Counted from the stretch's first letter, positions 50,304 through 60,087 are shown. The stretch is DNA of 64,000 nucleotides from Polyangiaceae bacterium (GCA_050287085.1 JBNKBE010000025.1:1-64000); one strand, 5' to 3'. The notes: generated from the letters alone by a model not told the origin. Made by a program: numbers and translations.

Positions 50304-51296
50304 GTGATTCGTATCTTGCGCAGCGCGGGACGTGAAAAGCTGATCGGAATGGGCATCGCGGCCCTGCTAGGAGCTGCAGCGCCGGCGCGGGCCCAAAAGG
50401 CAACGGCAGACCTGGCCCCCGAGGCTCAGCTCGAAACCGCCCCCACAGCAGCCCTTCCCCCCGAGCCACCCCCCCCGGCGGAGGGTGTCGAGGTGGCCGA
50501 AGATATGCCGCCCGCGCTCCAAGCCCGGGACACCTATCCCCCTTGTGAAGACGCACCGACCGAAAGCGGAACCGCCGCGGCGAAGGGCGCATTTCACGCG
50601 GGCACGGCCGCATTCAACGAAGCGGACTATGAACGCGCCATCGTGTATTGGGAGGACGCCTTCAGACGGGACTGCACGGCGGTCGCCATGCTGAAGAACC
50701 TAGCGCGTGCTTATGAGCTGAACGATCAATACCAGAAAGCCATCGACGCGCTGACCACGTACGCAGCCCGCGCCAATCAACCCAGCGAAGGGGACGCGCT
50801 CGCTCGGCGGGTCCAGAATCTGGAACGCAAACAAGCGGAAGAACGGGCGCGCCGCGATGCGTCTCGAGCGCCGCAAGATGGCCCCAAGACGCCCGGGCAG
50901 GGGGACTTGGCCGGATCGTCGACGCCGGGCTGGGACGCCGAGATCGACGACAGCACCCAACCTGCGCGGAGCTTCGTGCCTTTGGTTTTTGCCGGAATCG
51001 GGCTCGGGGCGGGTGTCCTTGGACTGGTGCAGTGGCAAAGCGCGGAAGCCGACCGCCGCAGAATCGAACGTCAGTGCCCCAACAGCGATTGCGGGCAGAA
51101 CACACAGCTCGCCGCCGATGGCAACAACGCGCGCTCTCGCATCCAGCTCTGGGGCTGGGGCGTCACGGGGGGGGGCTCTGCCCTGCTTGTCGGGGGGGTG
51201 GTGTGGTACTTCTTGCAGTCGCCCGAGCCCAACGCCCCGCTCGCGCTCGAGCTCGGCCCGAGGTACGCCGGCGCGCGCCTACGCGGAACCTTCTGA
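50304..51296 (+). CDS. Secreted TPR protein with hydrophobic C-terminal region, myxobacterial type
   Basis: Signal peptide ending PARA, TPR helices (AFNEADYERAI, NLARAYE), C-terminal hydrophobic segments and LRGTF end. Start uncertain. Confidence 0.75.
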   Translation: MIRILRSAGREKLIGMGIAALLGAAAPARAQKATADLAPEAQLETAPTAALPPEPPPPAEGVEVAEDMPPALQARDTYPPCEDAPTESGTAAAKGAFHAGTAAFNEADYERAIVYWEDAFRRDCTAVAMLKNLARAYELNDQYQKAIDALTTYAARANQPSEGDALARRVQNLERKQAEERARRDASRAPQDGPKTPGQGDLAGSSTPGWDAEIDDSTQPARSFVPLVFAGIGLGAGVLGLVQWQSAEADRRRIERQCPNSDCGQNTQLAADGNNARSRIQLWGWGVTGGGSALLVGGVVWYFLQSPEPNAPLALELGPRYAGARLRGTF

Positions 51297-51355
51297 CCCG
51301 CTCCCGCCGTCTGATCCGCTGCCGCCGACTGACCCGCTCCCGCCGACTGACCGCT
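51293..51355. repeat. 18-bp tandem repeat (~3.5 copies) starting at a stop codon
   Basis: CTGA(C/T)CCGCT(C/G)CCGCCG(T/A) at 51293, 51311 and 51329, partial at 51347. Confidence 0.92.
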
Positions 51356-51387
51356 TCGGCCCACCAGACGTGACCTCGAGCTAGCCC

Positions 51388-51762
51388 TCAGTCCGACGCT
51401 TCGGTCGCCTCTGCGCTGAAATCGACCTGCTCGCTAGCCGGGGCCCGACCCCAAGTGGTCGGTGGGGTTCCCCCAGCGGCGTCCAAGGGCTCCGTGGGAG
51501 CGGCGGCCGTCGCCGCAGAGGGAGAGGCCGCCGCCGAAGGCACGGGCGCCGCGGAATTCGGCGGCGCAGGTGCAAGGGCCGGTCGAGTGACGCCCTCAGA
51601 GACAGACTCTGCCGGAGCAGGTGCCAACGGGAATGGGGTCTCGCTGCTGGAGCCGCCACAAGCCAAGAGCACTAGCGCGGCCCCGGCCGCCACCAGCACG
51701 GTACCGCGCTGGCTTCGCGCTGAGGCTGCGCTCCCTCGAGCGTCGCGTAAAGCTTGATGCAT
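51388..51762 (-). CDS. Small Pro/Ala/Ser/Thr-rich lipoprotein
   Basis: Lipobox LLAC and a disordered body. Confidence 0.65.
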   Translation of the reverse strand: MHQALRDARGSAASARSQRGTVLVAAGAALVLLACGGSSSETPFPLAPAPAESVSEGVTRPALAPAPPNSAAPVPSAAASPSAATAAAPTEPLDAAGGTPPTTWGRAPASEQVDFSAEATEASD

Positions 51763-51857
51763 GACGCGTGAGCCGTAGCGAACCCGCGCGCCGGTCGCAA
51801 GCTTCGCGAAGCCGATCGTCCTTGAGGGGCAGACGAGAAGGGCCCAAACTCCCCGCG

Positions 51858-52457
51858 ATGATTGGTAGACTCCGGGGCAAGCTCGTCGGCGATGACGTGG
51901 ACGGCACCGTATTGCTGGACGTCTCGGGTGTGGGCTATGAGCTCACGGTGCCCCTGGGCGCTCTCGGACGCGCGCGCGACGACCAAGAGGGCGCCTTGAC
52001 CCTCGTCGTGCACACCCACGTCCGGGAAGACGCGATATTGCTTTTCGGTTTTGCCTCGGAGGCCGAGCGGCAGGTCTTTCGGATGCTCCTCACCTTACCA
52101 GGGGTGGGGCCCAAACTCGCCATCGCCATCCTGAGCTCGCTGCCGCCCCGTGAACTCGCCGCCGCGGTGGCTGAAGGCGATTTGAAGCGGCTGGGCCGGA
52201 TCCCGGGCGTCGGCCGCAAGACGGCCGAACGATTGGTGCTTGAACTGAAGGAAAAGTTGCCGAACGCGGACAGCGTTGCCACACCAAGACGCAGTGTTAC
52301 CCGAGGTGACGATCGAGAACGACTACTCGGAGCGTTGACGAATATGGGATACAAGCCAGCCGAGGCGGAGCGCGGCATCAAAGGTCTGGAAGAGCGTATT
52401 GGGGTGGAGCCAATATCCGACCTTCTGCGAACGGCCCTCGCTGCCCTAACCAAATGA
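51858..52457 (+). CDS. ruvA: Holliday junction branch migration protein RuvA
   Basis: MIGRLRG, VSGVGYE, HTHVREDAILLFGF, PGVGPKLA, IPGVGRKTAERL, ALTNMGY. Confidence 0.97.
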   Translation: MIGRLRGKLVGDDVDGTVLLDVSGVGYELTVPLGALGRARDDQEGALTLVVHTHVREDAILLFGFASEAERQVFRMLLTLPGVGPKLAIAILSSLPPRELAAAVAEGDLKRLGRIPGVGRKTAERLVLELKEKLPNADSVATPRRSVTRGDDRERLLGALTNMGYKPAEAERGIKGLEERIGVEPISDLLRTALAALTK

Positions 52458-52564
52458 CGTCGAATGCGGACCGGGGTGCCAGAGAGCTTTGCCTCAGACC
52501 CAATCCGTCGTAAAAGCAACGAGAAAGGGTACCCCCGGCGCGCGCCGGGCCCCGAGGAGGCACG

Positions 52565-53545
52565 GTGATCAACTGCGCGAAATGCGGTAAGGACAATCAA
52601 GACCACTACAAGTTCTGTCTGGGGTGCGGCGCAGAGCTTTCCCGAGAAGCCAGTCCCAGGCCATTTCAGGCCGATACTCCTCCCCACGGTGTTGCCGCCG
52701 CAGGGTCAACGGAACGGCCCGTTGCGGTCGCTTCGTCAGCGGCAGCAGCGCCCGCGATTCCAGTCGCCGCTCCCGGTGTACTCTGCCCTCAGTGCGGTCA
52801 CGACAACGCCCCCACGAGCCGCTTCTGCGCGGGGTGTGGCTCCAATCTGTCACCGGCCGCAGCCCCGGCCCCGGCCCCGGTGGCGCAGCAACCGGTGGCT
52901 GGCTCCCTAAGCCACGTCCAATTGACAGCGCTCCGCGCGGACGGCACCGAGGCTGGAACGTACGTCTTTCCAAACGAAAGTCGGGTGCTCATCGGGCGTG
53001 ATAGCGGTGGCATCTTTGCGGGCGACAGTTACCTATCCCCCAAGCACGCAAGCTTCTTGGCGCAGGGCGAGCAGTTGCTCGTTCGCGATGAAGGCTCGCT
53101 CAATGGGGTTTACCTGAAGCTGGCACCCAATCAACCCTGGCCACTGAAGTTCGGCGATGTATTCCGCATCGGACAAGAAATTATCCGAGTGGAGCCGCTC
53201 GAGGGTCAGGCTCCGACCGCTGATGGCGTGGAGCGCTTAGGCAGCCCCATCGAAGGTCTGGTGGCCAGGTTGGCACTCGTGATCGGTCGCGACACGACCG
53301 GCAACGCGTTTCCCATTCCGCACTCCGGTGTGCACTGCGGACGGGAGCGAGGCGATATCCTATTTCCGGAGGACGGCTACGTGAGCGGACTGCACTGCTT
53401 CGTGGCTCCGGACCGAAATGGGCAATTGGTGCTGGCCGACGTCGGCTCATCCAACGGCACGTTCGTTCGCCTAATGAAGCAGCATCCGATCGTTGCCGGC
53501 GACGTGCTGTTGATGGGGCAACAACTCTTTCGCGTCGACCTTTGA
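52565..53545 (+). CDS. Double zinc-ribbon + tandem FHA domain protein
   Basis: CAKC..FCLGC and CPQC..FCAGC, two FHA cores (GR..S..H..SLNG and GR..SGLH..SSNGT). Confidence 0.9.
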   Translation: MINCAKCGKDNQDHYKFCLGCGAELSREASPRPFQADTPPHGVAAAGSTERPVAVASSAAAAPAIPVAAPGVLCPQCGHDNAPTSRFCAGCGSNLSPAAAPAPAPVAQQPVAGSLSHVQLTALRADGTEAGTYVFPNESRVLIGRDSGGIFAGDSYLSPKHASFLAQGEQLLVRDEGSLNGVYLKLAPNQPWPLKFGDVFRIGQEIIRVEPLEGQAPTADGVERLGSPIEGLVARLALVIGRDTTGNAFPIPHSGVHCGRERGDILFPEDGYVSGLHCFVAPDRNGQLVLADVGSSNGTFVRLMKQHPIVAGDVLLMGQQLFRVDL

Positions 53546-53569
53546 ACTGAACCCGCGGTAGCCAGAGCT

Positions 53570-53995
53570 ATGACGGGTGGCCAGACCAAAACGATCATTC
53601 GCGTCGTTGCCGCAGTAGTGCAGTCGGGGGGGCGCTACCTAATCACGCGACGCCGCGCCAGTGCGGTCATGCCGCTGCTGTGGGAGTTCCCCGGGGGCCG
53701 GGTCGAGACGAACGAAAGCGACGCCGAAGCCCTTCAACGCGAGGTACGCCATCGCCTGGGCGTGGAAGTCCGAGTCAACTCGCTCATCGGGTTTGTGACT
53801 CACGAATACGAACGCTATGAAGTGGCCCTGCATCTGTATGATTGCGAGCTCAAGGACGGCGTGCCGCAGGCCGTCAACGTAAGTGACTTCGCCTGGGTCG
53901 CGAGCTCGGAGTTTGAGCGCTATCTCTTCACACCTGCCGACGAGGCTAGCGTCGCTGCCTTGCTCGGCCTCGATGCGTCAGAAAACGATAGCTGA
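53570..53995 (+). CDS. NUDIX hydrolase (MutT/NudG-like)
   Basis: WEFPGGRVETNESDAEALQREVRHRLG, a Nudix box with EE changed to HR. Confidence 0.85.
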   Translation: MTGGQTKTIIRVVAAVVQSGGRYLITRRRASAVMPLLWEFPGGRVETNESDAEALQREVRHRLGVEVRVNSLIGFVTHEYERYEVALHLYDCELKDGVPQAVNVSDFAWVASSEFERYLFTPADEASVAALLGLDASENDS

Positions 53996-54126
53996 ACCCA
54001 CAAAGTCCTAGAGCTACGCCGCGTCCGGGGCGAAGTGGTGCGACAAGACCCGAAGGCACTACTGAATAGCGCGCTGAGAGCGGCACACCGGTTGCTCTCA
54101 TGTGCGACTCCTGTCAGACTTTTCGC

Positions 54127-54843
54127 ATGCGCTATCTTTCTTTGCTTTGCGTCCTGACATGCCTGCCAGCGTGTGGTGGCGGCAACGATGAAACCCAATC
54201 CAAGACGGAAGTGACCGATGGATCGGAGACCGGAGACTCACGAGAGTTCAGCTTCGGTGACTTCGACGCCGTCGAACAACCCAAACCGCTGCTTCCCAAC
54301 AAGGACGCCGACACCCCTCTCGGTGACCTGACGGATAAGGAATTCAAGGCGGCCTGCGAACCCTTCCTCGAAACGGCCACCGAAGTAGTGAGTAGCGCAG
54401 CCCAACTGTGTCAGATCGCCGCGTTCATTCAGGCGGCCAACGACGAGACGGCGGAGTCGGATAAGGACTTTCAAGCCGCGTGCAAAAACGCACAGTCGGA
54501 ATGTGATACCGCTTCGGTGCTCCTCGAGGCAACGACCGAGGCGACAAGCTGCGGCGATGCGACCGACTGCGATGCCACCCTGGGTGAGCTCAACGAGTGC
54601 CGTCGCTCGCTGGTTATCGCCCATGAAGCGGTCTTGATACCCGCCGGTGGCTGGTCGTTGCCGGACTGCACGAAGACGACCGCGCGTGACGGCAGGTCCT
54701 TGGCCACGCAGTTGACCTTGCTGCTTGGTGTAGCGGCGGTGCAGCTCAGTGTTGATGCCGAGCAACCTGAGAGCAACGCATGCTCAGCGGTGCAAGAGAA
54801 GTGTCCGAACCTGGCTCAACTGCCTGATATTGCGGGCGGCTGA
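54127..54843 (+). CDS. Hypothetical acidic Cys-rich lipoprotein
   Basis: Lipobox LPAC and about ten further Cys. ATG 54127. Confidence 0.75.
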   Translation: MRYLSLLCVLTCLPACGGGNDETQSKTEVTDGSETGDSREFSFGDFDAVEQPKPLLPNKDADTPLGDLTDKEFKAACEPFLETATEVVSSAAQLCQIAAFIQAANDETAESDKDFQAACKNAQSECDTASVLLEATTEATSCGDATDCDATLGELNECRRSLVIAHEAVLIPAGGWSLPDCTKTTARDGRSLATQLTLLLGVAAVQLSVDAEQPESNACSAVQEKCPNLAQLPDIAGG

Positions 54844-54881
54844 AGCACTGCGGCTGAAACACTGCGACTGAAACACTGCAC
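54840..54881. repeat. 14-bp tandem repeat x3 starting at a stop codon
   Basis: CTGAAGCACTGCGG, CTGAAACACTGCGA, CTGAAACACTGCAC. Confidence 0.92.
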
Positions 54882-54913
54882 AACTCGAATGGGGCGCGGT
54901 CGAGTGAGGAGGC

Positions 54914-55618
54914 GTGTCGCCTCTGACCTGGACCGCTACCATCGCAGATTGGCTCGCCCCACAACGCTGCGCCGCTTGCCCAGCTTACCTAGCTCGAGCG
55001 CGTGACGTGTTCTGCCCGGACTGTACTCCACCGCGAAGTGCGCGGAGCACATCGAGGCAGAGCCGTCGCGCGATGGAACCAGACTGGCCCGTGTGGAGTG
55101 CCTTCAGCCACGAAGGAGCCGCTCGCCGCGCCGTGCTAGCCGCCAAGTACGGCGCTCGGCCAGAGCTTGCGCAGCGCCTCGGACAACTGCTCCATGAGCG
55201 GCTCTGCGCGGCACCTCAAGGTCTCGATTTGCCGGAAAACACGCGCCTTGTGCCCGTGCCGACATCAGCCTCCCGCCTGGCGGAACGGGGCTACAACGCC
55301 GCCACCCTCCTGGCCCAAGGACTGGCCCGTGCTGCCGGGCTATCGCTCGCATACGGTGTCCTCGTGCGGCGCCACAACCCGGTGCGGCAGGCGGGTTTGA
55401 CGCGCGGCGCGCGCCTGTCCAACGTCAGCGGGGACATATCCGCCCGCAAAGTACCCGGCGGGCCCTTGCTCCTGGTGGACGACGTGCTGACGACCGGAGC
55501 AACCCTGTCTGCCTGCCGCACGGCGTTGCTGGCCGCCGGGGCCGATGTAGTGGGTGCGGTCGTACTCAATGTTGCCCTGGAGCCCCGGGGCCCGAAGGAC
55601 GGAGCGAGCCCCGCATAA
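54914..55618 (+). CDS. comF: ComF-family phosphoribosyltransferase-fold protein
   Basis: CAAC..FCPDC zinc ribbon, VPVP, RGYN, LLVDDVLTTGATL. Confidence 0.9.
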   Translation: MSPLTWTATIADWLAPQRCAACPAYLARARDVFCPDCTPPRSARSTSRQSRRAMEPDWPVWSAFSHEGAARRAVLAAKYGARPELAQRLGQLLHERLCAAPQGLDLPENTRLVPVPTSASRLAERGYNAATLLAQGLARAAGLSLAYGVLVRRHNPVRQAGLTRGARLSNVSGDISARKVPGGPLLLVDDVLTTGATLSACRTALLAAGADVVGAVVLNVALEPRGPKDGASPA

Positions 55619-55642
55619 GACGTCTCGCCCGCACGCCGGTGC

Positions 55643-57076
55643 TCAGACTCCTGAAGGCTCCAGCTCGAGAAGGATCTGATAACCAAATAGCTCTGGCCGG
55701 AGTCGCGCTAGCACGTCGTCGACGCGCTCGACGGTAGAGGCGGCTGAAGCCGGCAGAACCCGCTCCCAAGGCACCGGTGTTGCCTCTTCTCGAACCAGCC
55801 GATATCCCGCCTCCTCACACAACCGTCGCGCGGATGCGCGAGTGAAGAAGCGCAGGTGTCCCCGATCGAGCAGGCCACGCTCCCCATACTCGAAACGCCC
55901 CGCCAAGATCTGCGCGCGAACGGACCAATGCACCGCGTTCGGCAGCGAGATCATCACCCGTCCACCAAGCTCCAAGCGCGCCGCAAGTGATGTCAGCAAG
56001 GGCTCCGGCTCGGCCAGATGCTCGAGTACGTCAGCCACGACAATGCAATCAAATACTCGGCCATCGAGGCTCGGGAGCCCGGCCCGTATGTCGGCCTGAA
56101 CGAAATTGGGCAGCGCTACAGCGGGGCGTTCGAAGTCGACGGAAACCACGTCGTGTCCCCGCTCAACGAGCTGTTGCGACAGCTCACCGGAACCACATCC
56201 CACATCCAGAACGCGCTTGCGCTCGGTACCTACCCAGTCGAGCAGCTTACCATGAGAGGACGTCCGACTGTGCTTGAGCGAATAACGCGGCCCAAGCTGA
56301 TAACGTGGGAAATGGGCGAGCCCCATTTGGTGAAGACGCGAATCAATCACGGACCGAAACACGTCTCGCGCGTACTTCATGCCGTTCACATGACAGATCT
56401 CGTCACCGTAGTAGGTCGGAATTGGCACTTCGACGATGCGTTTGCCCGCGCCATGCAACTGTATGATGATCTGAGTGTCAAAGTGAAAGTCGTGGGTGTT
56501 TTCGGCAAACGGTATCTCTTTGAGCGCAGCCACCGAGTACAGGCGATATCCAGAATGAAACTCGGTGAGATTCATTCCGAGGGCGGCGTTTTCGAAGACC
56601 GTTAGGATGCGGTTGCCCACGTACTTGTAGAGAGGCATCCCCCCCTTCAAAGCTGCGCCAGCCACGGCCATACGCGAACCGAAGACGGCATCCGCTTCGC
56701 CGCGGAGCAGCGGCTCAAGAAGCTGCGGCAACACCTCGGGGGCATATTGACCGTCGCCGTGCAGCAAAACGACGATGTCAAACCCACGTTCGATGGCGTA
56801 TTGGTAGCCAAAGATTTGATTGCCACCGTAGCCAAGGTTCTTTTCATGTCGGAACATTCGCAGATTGCTCCGCCCCGACTGAGCCTTGTAGCCGACGCCA
56901 ACGTCGTAGGTGTCGTCGCGACTTGAATCGTCACAGACGAAAACCTCTTCGACCTGGGTCCAGACCGGTTCTGGGATGCGGTCTAGAACACTGGCCAGGG
57001 TCGACTCAGCGTTGTAGGCCACAACGAAGATGGCGATGCGGGGGGAGCGCTTGGCGGGTGGCGCAGACGGCGACAT
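55643..57076 (-). CDS. Bifunctional GT2 glycosyltransferase / class I SAM methyltransferase
   Basis: VAYNA, DDSS.D, NLGYGGNQ, HGDGQY, EFHSGYR, then VLDVGCGSG, DVLEHL, HLRFFT. Confidence 0.92.
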   Translation of the reverse strand: MSPSAPPAKRSPRIAIFVVAYNAESTLASVLDRIPEPVWTQVEEVFVCDDSSRDDTYDVGVGYKAQSGRSNLRMFRHEKNLGYGGNQIFGYQYAIERGFDIVVLLHGDGQYAPEVLPQLLEPLLRGEADAVFGSRMAVAGAALKGGMPLYKYVGNRILTVFENAALGMNLTEFHSGYRLYSVAALKEIPFAENTHDFHFDTQIIIQLHGAGKRIVEVPIPTYYGDEICHVNGMKYARDVFRSVIDSRLHQMGLAHFPRYQLGPRYSLKHSRTSSHGKLLDWVGTERKRVLDVGCGSGELSQQLVERGHDVVSVDFERPAVALPNFVQADIRAGLPSLDGRVFDCIVVADVLEHLAEPEPLLTSLAARLELGGRVMISLPNAVHWSVRAQILAGRFEYGERGLLDRGHLRFFTRASARRLCEEAGYRLVREEATPVPWERVLPASAASTVERVDDVLARLRPELFGYQILLELEPSGV

Positions 57077-57380
57077 ATCCTCTTATTCCTGATCAGGTGC
57101 GGCAAAAAAGACAACCGCCTGCAACGCCGCAAATGCAGCCATTCCTAGCCTCGCCGCTACCACAAGTCGCCTTCCTGGAAAAGAGCCGCTCGCACCGTGG
57201 TCGGTTCCGCGCTTCAACGCAGGTGGCCGGTGGCACACCAGCACTCGCTAGAACCAGCCGACGGGAAGATTGTGACCTCGATGCATCGATGAGCAAGTCG
57301 GCGCAGGCCCTAGCGTATCACCAGTATTTCACTGCACGAACGCTCCTTCACTGGCAGAGCCTTCGCCCGCCCGCAACCGC

Positions 57381-58715
57381 CTAGCGAATCGCGTCCATGG
57401 CGGCCGACAGCTCCTTCGGATCCACTACGCTGCCCACAAAGCGCTTGACCTCTTCACCACGACTGTCGAGCAAGAGCAGAGTGGGTAGTCCGCGAATCCC
57501 AAACTCCGCCGACGTCCGCTCAACGGCAGGATCCGAATCGTCGGTCATATCAGCCTTGATCGCCACGAAGCGGCCCGCGGCCTGTGCCACGGTAGGATCA
57601 GGGAAGGTATGCAACTCGATCTCTTTGCATGCGACGCACCAAGCCGCAGTAAAGTCGATGAAGACAGGTCGTCCCTCCTGACGTGCCGTCTGTCGGGCTC
57701 GAGTGAGCAGTCCCGCGAGGTCCTCTCCGGGCGCCGGAGTCTCGAACGAAAGCGAGTGTTCGGCCGTCGTCACCTGGGCAATGCCACCAAAGAGCCCTCC
57801 ACTCACCAGGACGACCCCGAGCCCCTTGCTCAAGCGCGTTCCCCACTCGACGGCTTCGAACGACTTGTGCACCGCCCCGAGCAATACTCCGACTACAACC
57901 AACCCGCCCATTGCCAACAAGAAGCTGGTTCCGGGTTGCGCCCAGGCACGCAAGACCGGGAATGCATTGCCCAGGAAGTAGAGTGCAACGACCACAAGTA
58001 CGATGCCCATGATCGACTTGACGTGCACCATCCACATTCCACCCTTGGGCAAATTGAGCGCAAAAGCTCCCACTAGAAAGAACGGGGTGCCCAATCCCAA
58101 GGCAAACGCCGTCATGGCGGCTGTCCCCAGGGTAACGCTTTGAGTTTGCGCAATCCAGGCGAGCAGCCCGTACAAGAACGGCCCTGTGCAGGGTGCCGCA
58201 ATCGGTCCGCAGGCTAGCCCCAAGACAAACGCACCGAGGTAACCGCCCCCCCCCGCGCCCGCAAGGCGATTCTTCAAACCACTCGGTAGGTCGAGCTCAA
58301 AGGCACCAAACATGCTGGCGGCCAGGGCCAAGAACAGCGTCGCCAGCGACACGACAACCCAAGGACTGGAAAGGCTCGTTCCAAAGGTACGCCCCGTCAT
58401 CGCGGCAACAACCCCGAGAGGGACGAACATGGCAACAACCCCGAGCACAAACGCCGCCGAGAGCAAGAGTGCCTGGGGACGTGAGGTCGCTTGCCGCGCT
58501 CCGAACACGCTCACCGTGATCGCCACCATGGGGTAGACGCAGGGCGTAAGGCTGACGAGCAAACCGAATCCGAAGGCCGCCAGTCCCAAATAGAGGGGCC
58601 CTCGGGCGAGCGCTGATGCGAACGCGCTGTCTTGAGCTTGGGCCACAGCGGTCGAAGGCAATGTTGTGGCTAGCGCAACGATTAGAACGCGAAGGAAAAC
58701 AGAAAGGCGGTTCAT
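57381..58715 (-). CDS. dsbD: DsbD/CcdA transmembrane domain fused to a thioredoxin domain
   Basis: SLTPCVYPM and APCTGP membrane Cys pair, LPKGG.WM, C-terminal DFTAAWCVACK and GLPT. Confidence 0.88.
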   Translation of the reverse strand: MNRLSVFLRVLIVALATTLPSTAVAQAQDSAFASALARGPLYLGLAAFGFGLLVSLTPCVYPMVAITVSVFGARQATSRPQALLLSAAFVLGVVAMFVPLGVVAAMTGRTFGTSLSSPWVVVSLATLFLALAASMFGAFELDLPSGLKNRLAGAGGGGYLGAFVLGLACGPIAAPCTGPFLYGLLAWIAQTQSVTLGTAAMTAFALGLGTPFFLVGAFALNLPKGGMWMVHVKSIMGIVLVVVALYFLGNAFPVLRAWAQPGTSFLLAMGGLVVVGVLLGAVHKSFEAVEWGTRLSKGLGVVLVSGGLFGGIAQVTTAEHSLSFETPAPGEDLAGLLTRARQTARQEGRPVFIDFTAAWCVACKEIELHTFPDPTVAQAAGRFVAIKADMTDDSDPAVERTSAEFGIRGLPTLLLLDSRGEEVKRFVGSVVDPKELSAAMDAIR

Positions 58716-58852
58716 CTCAAGTCAGTTTATGCGGCTCGCACCCCGAAAAGGTTTCTCTAGGTCCCATCTCGCCTTCTGCGCACCCGGCGCTGGACGTACG
58801 CGTGCCCGGCGAGGGCTGAAGTGCGAGGGTTAGGTATGAGAGACGCAGCGCG

Positions 58853-59563
58853 CTAGGCCAAGTCTCTACAAGCGCGTCGATATTCGGCCGCGAGTCCTGC
58901 GCGCACCAGAGGAGAAGCCGCGCGAACCCCGCGACGGAATTCGTCGAGCCGACTCCGCGCCGAGGCCACCTCGCCGAGGTGACTGTAAAGTTCCGCGCTC
59001 ACAAAGGTACCAAATAGGGACCTCGTGGGTCGCAGCTGCTCCAAGTGGAGGCGCAGGCGCTCCCCGTCGAGCAAGCCCGAGGCAGCTTCCGCAAGGGCTA
59101 CCTGCGCCTCGTAGAGCGGGGAGCGGTGATCCGCCCATCGCAGGGCACGCTCCGCAGCCGAGCGCGACAGCGCAGGACGCCCAGTCAGGTAGTAGAGGCT
59201 AGCGAGAGAAGACAAGTGCACCGCCCGGCGAACCGGCGGCGCCTGCCGTCCAGCCAGGCGCAACGCAGCCACCGCCGCGGTCAAGTCATCCAAAGCCAAA
59301 CAGGCAACAGCAACATCCCGGTACGCGACGTCACCCAGCACCCGAACCTGCACCAGCTGCTCGGCAACGTGACGGGCGTCAAGATAGCGCCCGCGCTCCA
59401 GGTGCGCCAAATAGAGCTGGCGCAGTAGCAGCCCTTGCACCTCGTGGTCGAGGGACTCGCAGGCAAGTCCTTGGGTCGCGTATTTTGCACGAGTTCCGGC
59501 GGTACGCGCCCCTAAGGCAGCGCCAAGCCAGTCTTCTGGGGAACGTTGGGGACGTTGGGGCAC
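58853..59563 (-). CDS. Hypothetical TPR-like helical protein
   Basis: Ala/Leu-rich repeating helices from GTG 59563. The longer ORF extension overlaps opposite-strand genes. Confidence 0.6.
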   Translation of the reverse strand: MPQRPQRSPEDWLGAALGARTAGTRAKYATQGLACESLDHEVQGLLLRQLYLAHLERGRYLDARHVAEQLVQVRVLGDVAYRDVAVACLALDDLTAAVAALRLAGRQAPPVRRAVHLSSLASLYYLTGRPALSRSAAERALRWADHRSPLYEAQVALAEAASGLLDGERLRLHLEQLRPTRSLFGTFVSAELYSHLGEVASARSRLDEFRRGVRAASPLVRAGLAAEYRRACRDLA

Positions 59564-59669
59564 GGAGAATATCCAAATGGCGAATTGCGGCGCTGGCGAG
59601 GGGGTCGGTTTGCGGGTCCCCCGGGTGGAGCCTCTTGCATAGGAACGCGCGACGCTCCATTGTCGCCTC

Positions 59670-60056
59670 ATGCCGCAACCCTGGGCCAAAATTGCTTGTG
59701 ACTCGCGCTTCGCCGGGCTCCGACCACGGTCGCGGGGCAACTCGAGCGGGTGGCCCTCCGGGAGCTGGATTCGAGGCGCCTTGTGCTTGGTTCTGCCCCT
59801 GCTCTCGAGCGCCTGCGGTAGCAAAGCCACCGCAGACGACTGCGATCGAATCGTCACGCGCATCGCCGAACTCGAACTCCGTGCTGCGGGCGTGCAAGAC
59901 CCCAACGCCTTGGCCGAACGCGTCACGTCGACCAAAGCGGCATTTCGTGAGAAGGCAATGACCCAATGCGTTGGCAAGCGCATCACCGAGACCACCAAAC
60001 ACTGCATCGAGCAGGCGACATCCTCGAGCGAGATACTCGAACAATGTCTGGAGTAG
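59670..60056 (+). CDS. Small Cys-rich lipoprotein (paralog A)
   Basis: Lipobox SSAC plus four spaced Cys. Start uncertain. Confidence 0.7.
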   Translation: MPQPWAKIACDSRFAGLRPRSRGNSSGWPSGSWIRGALCLVLPLLSSACGSKATADDCDRIVTRIAELELRAAGVQDPNALAERVTSTKAAFREKAMTQCVGKRITETTKHCIEQATSSSEILEQCLE

Positions 60057-60087
60057 GCCTTTGCCCGCCGCGCCATCCCTAGCCAGA

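Noticed and set aside
51293..51355. CRISPR array (also considered for 742-813 and 54840-54881)
   Set aside because: Units are 14-18 bp and contiguous, with no unique spacers and no cas genes.
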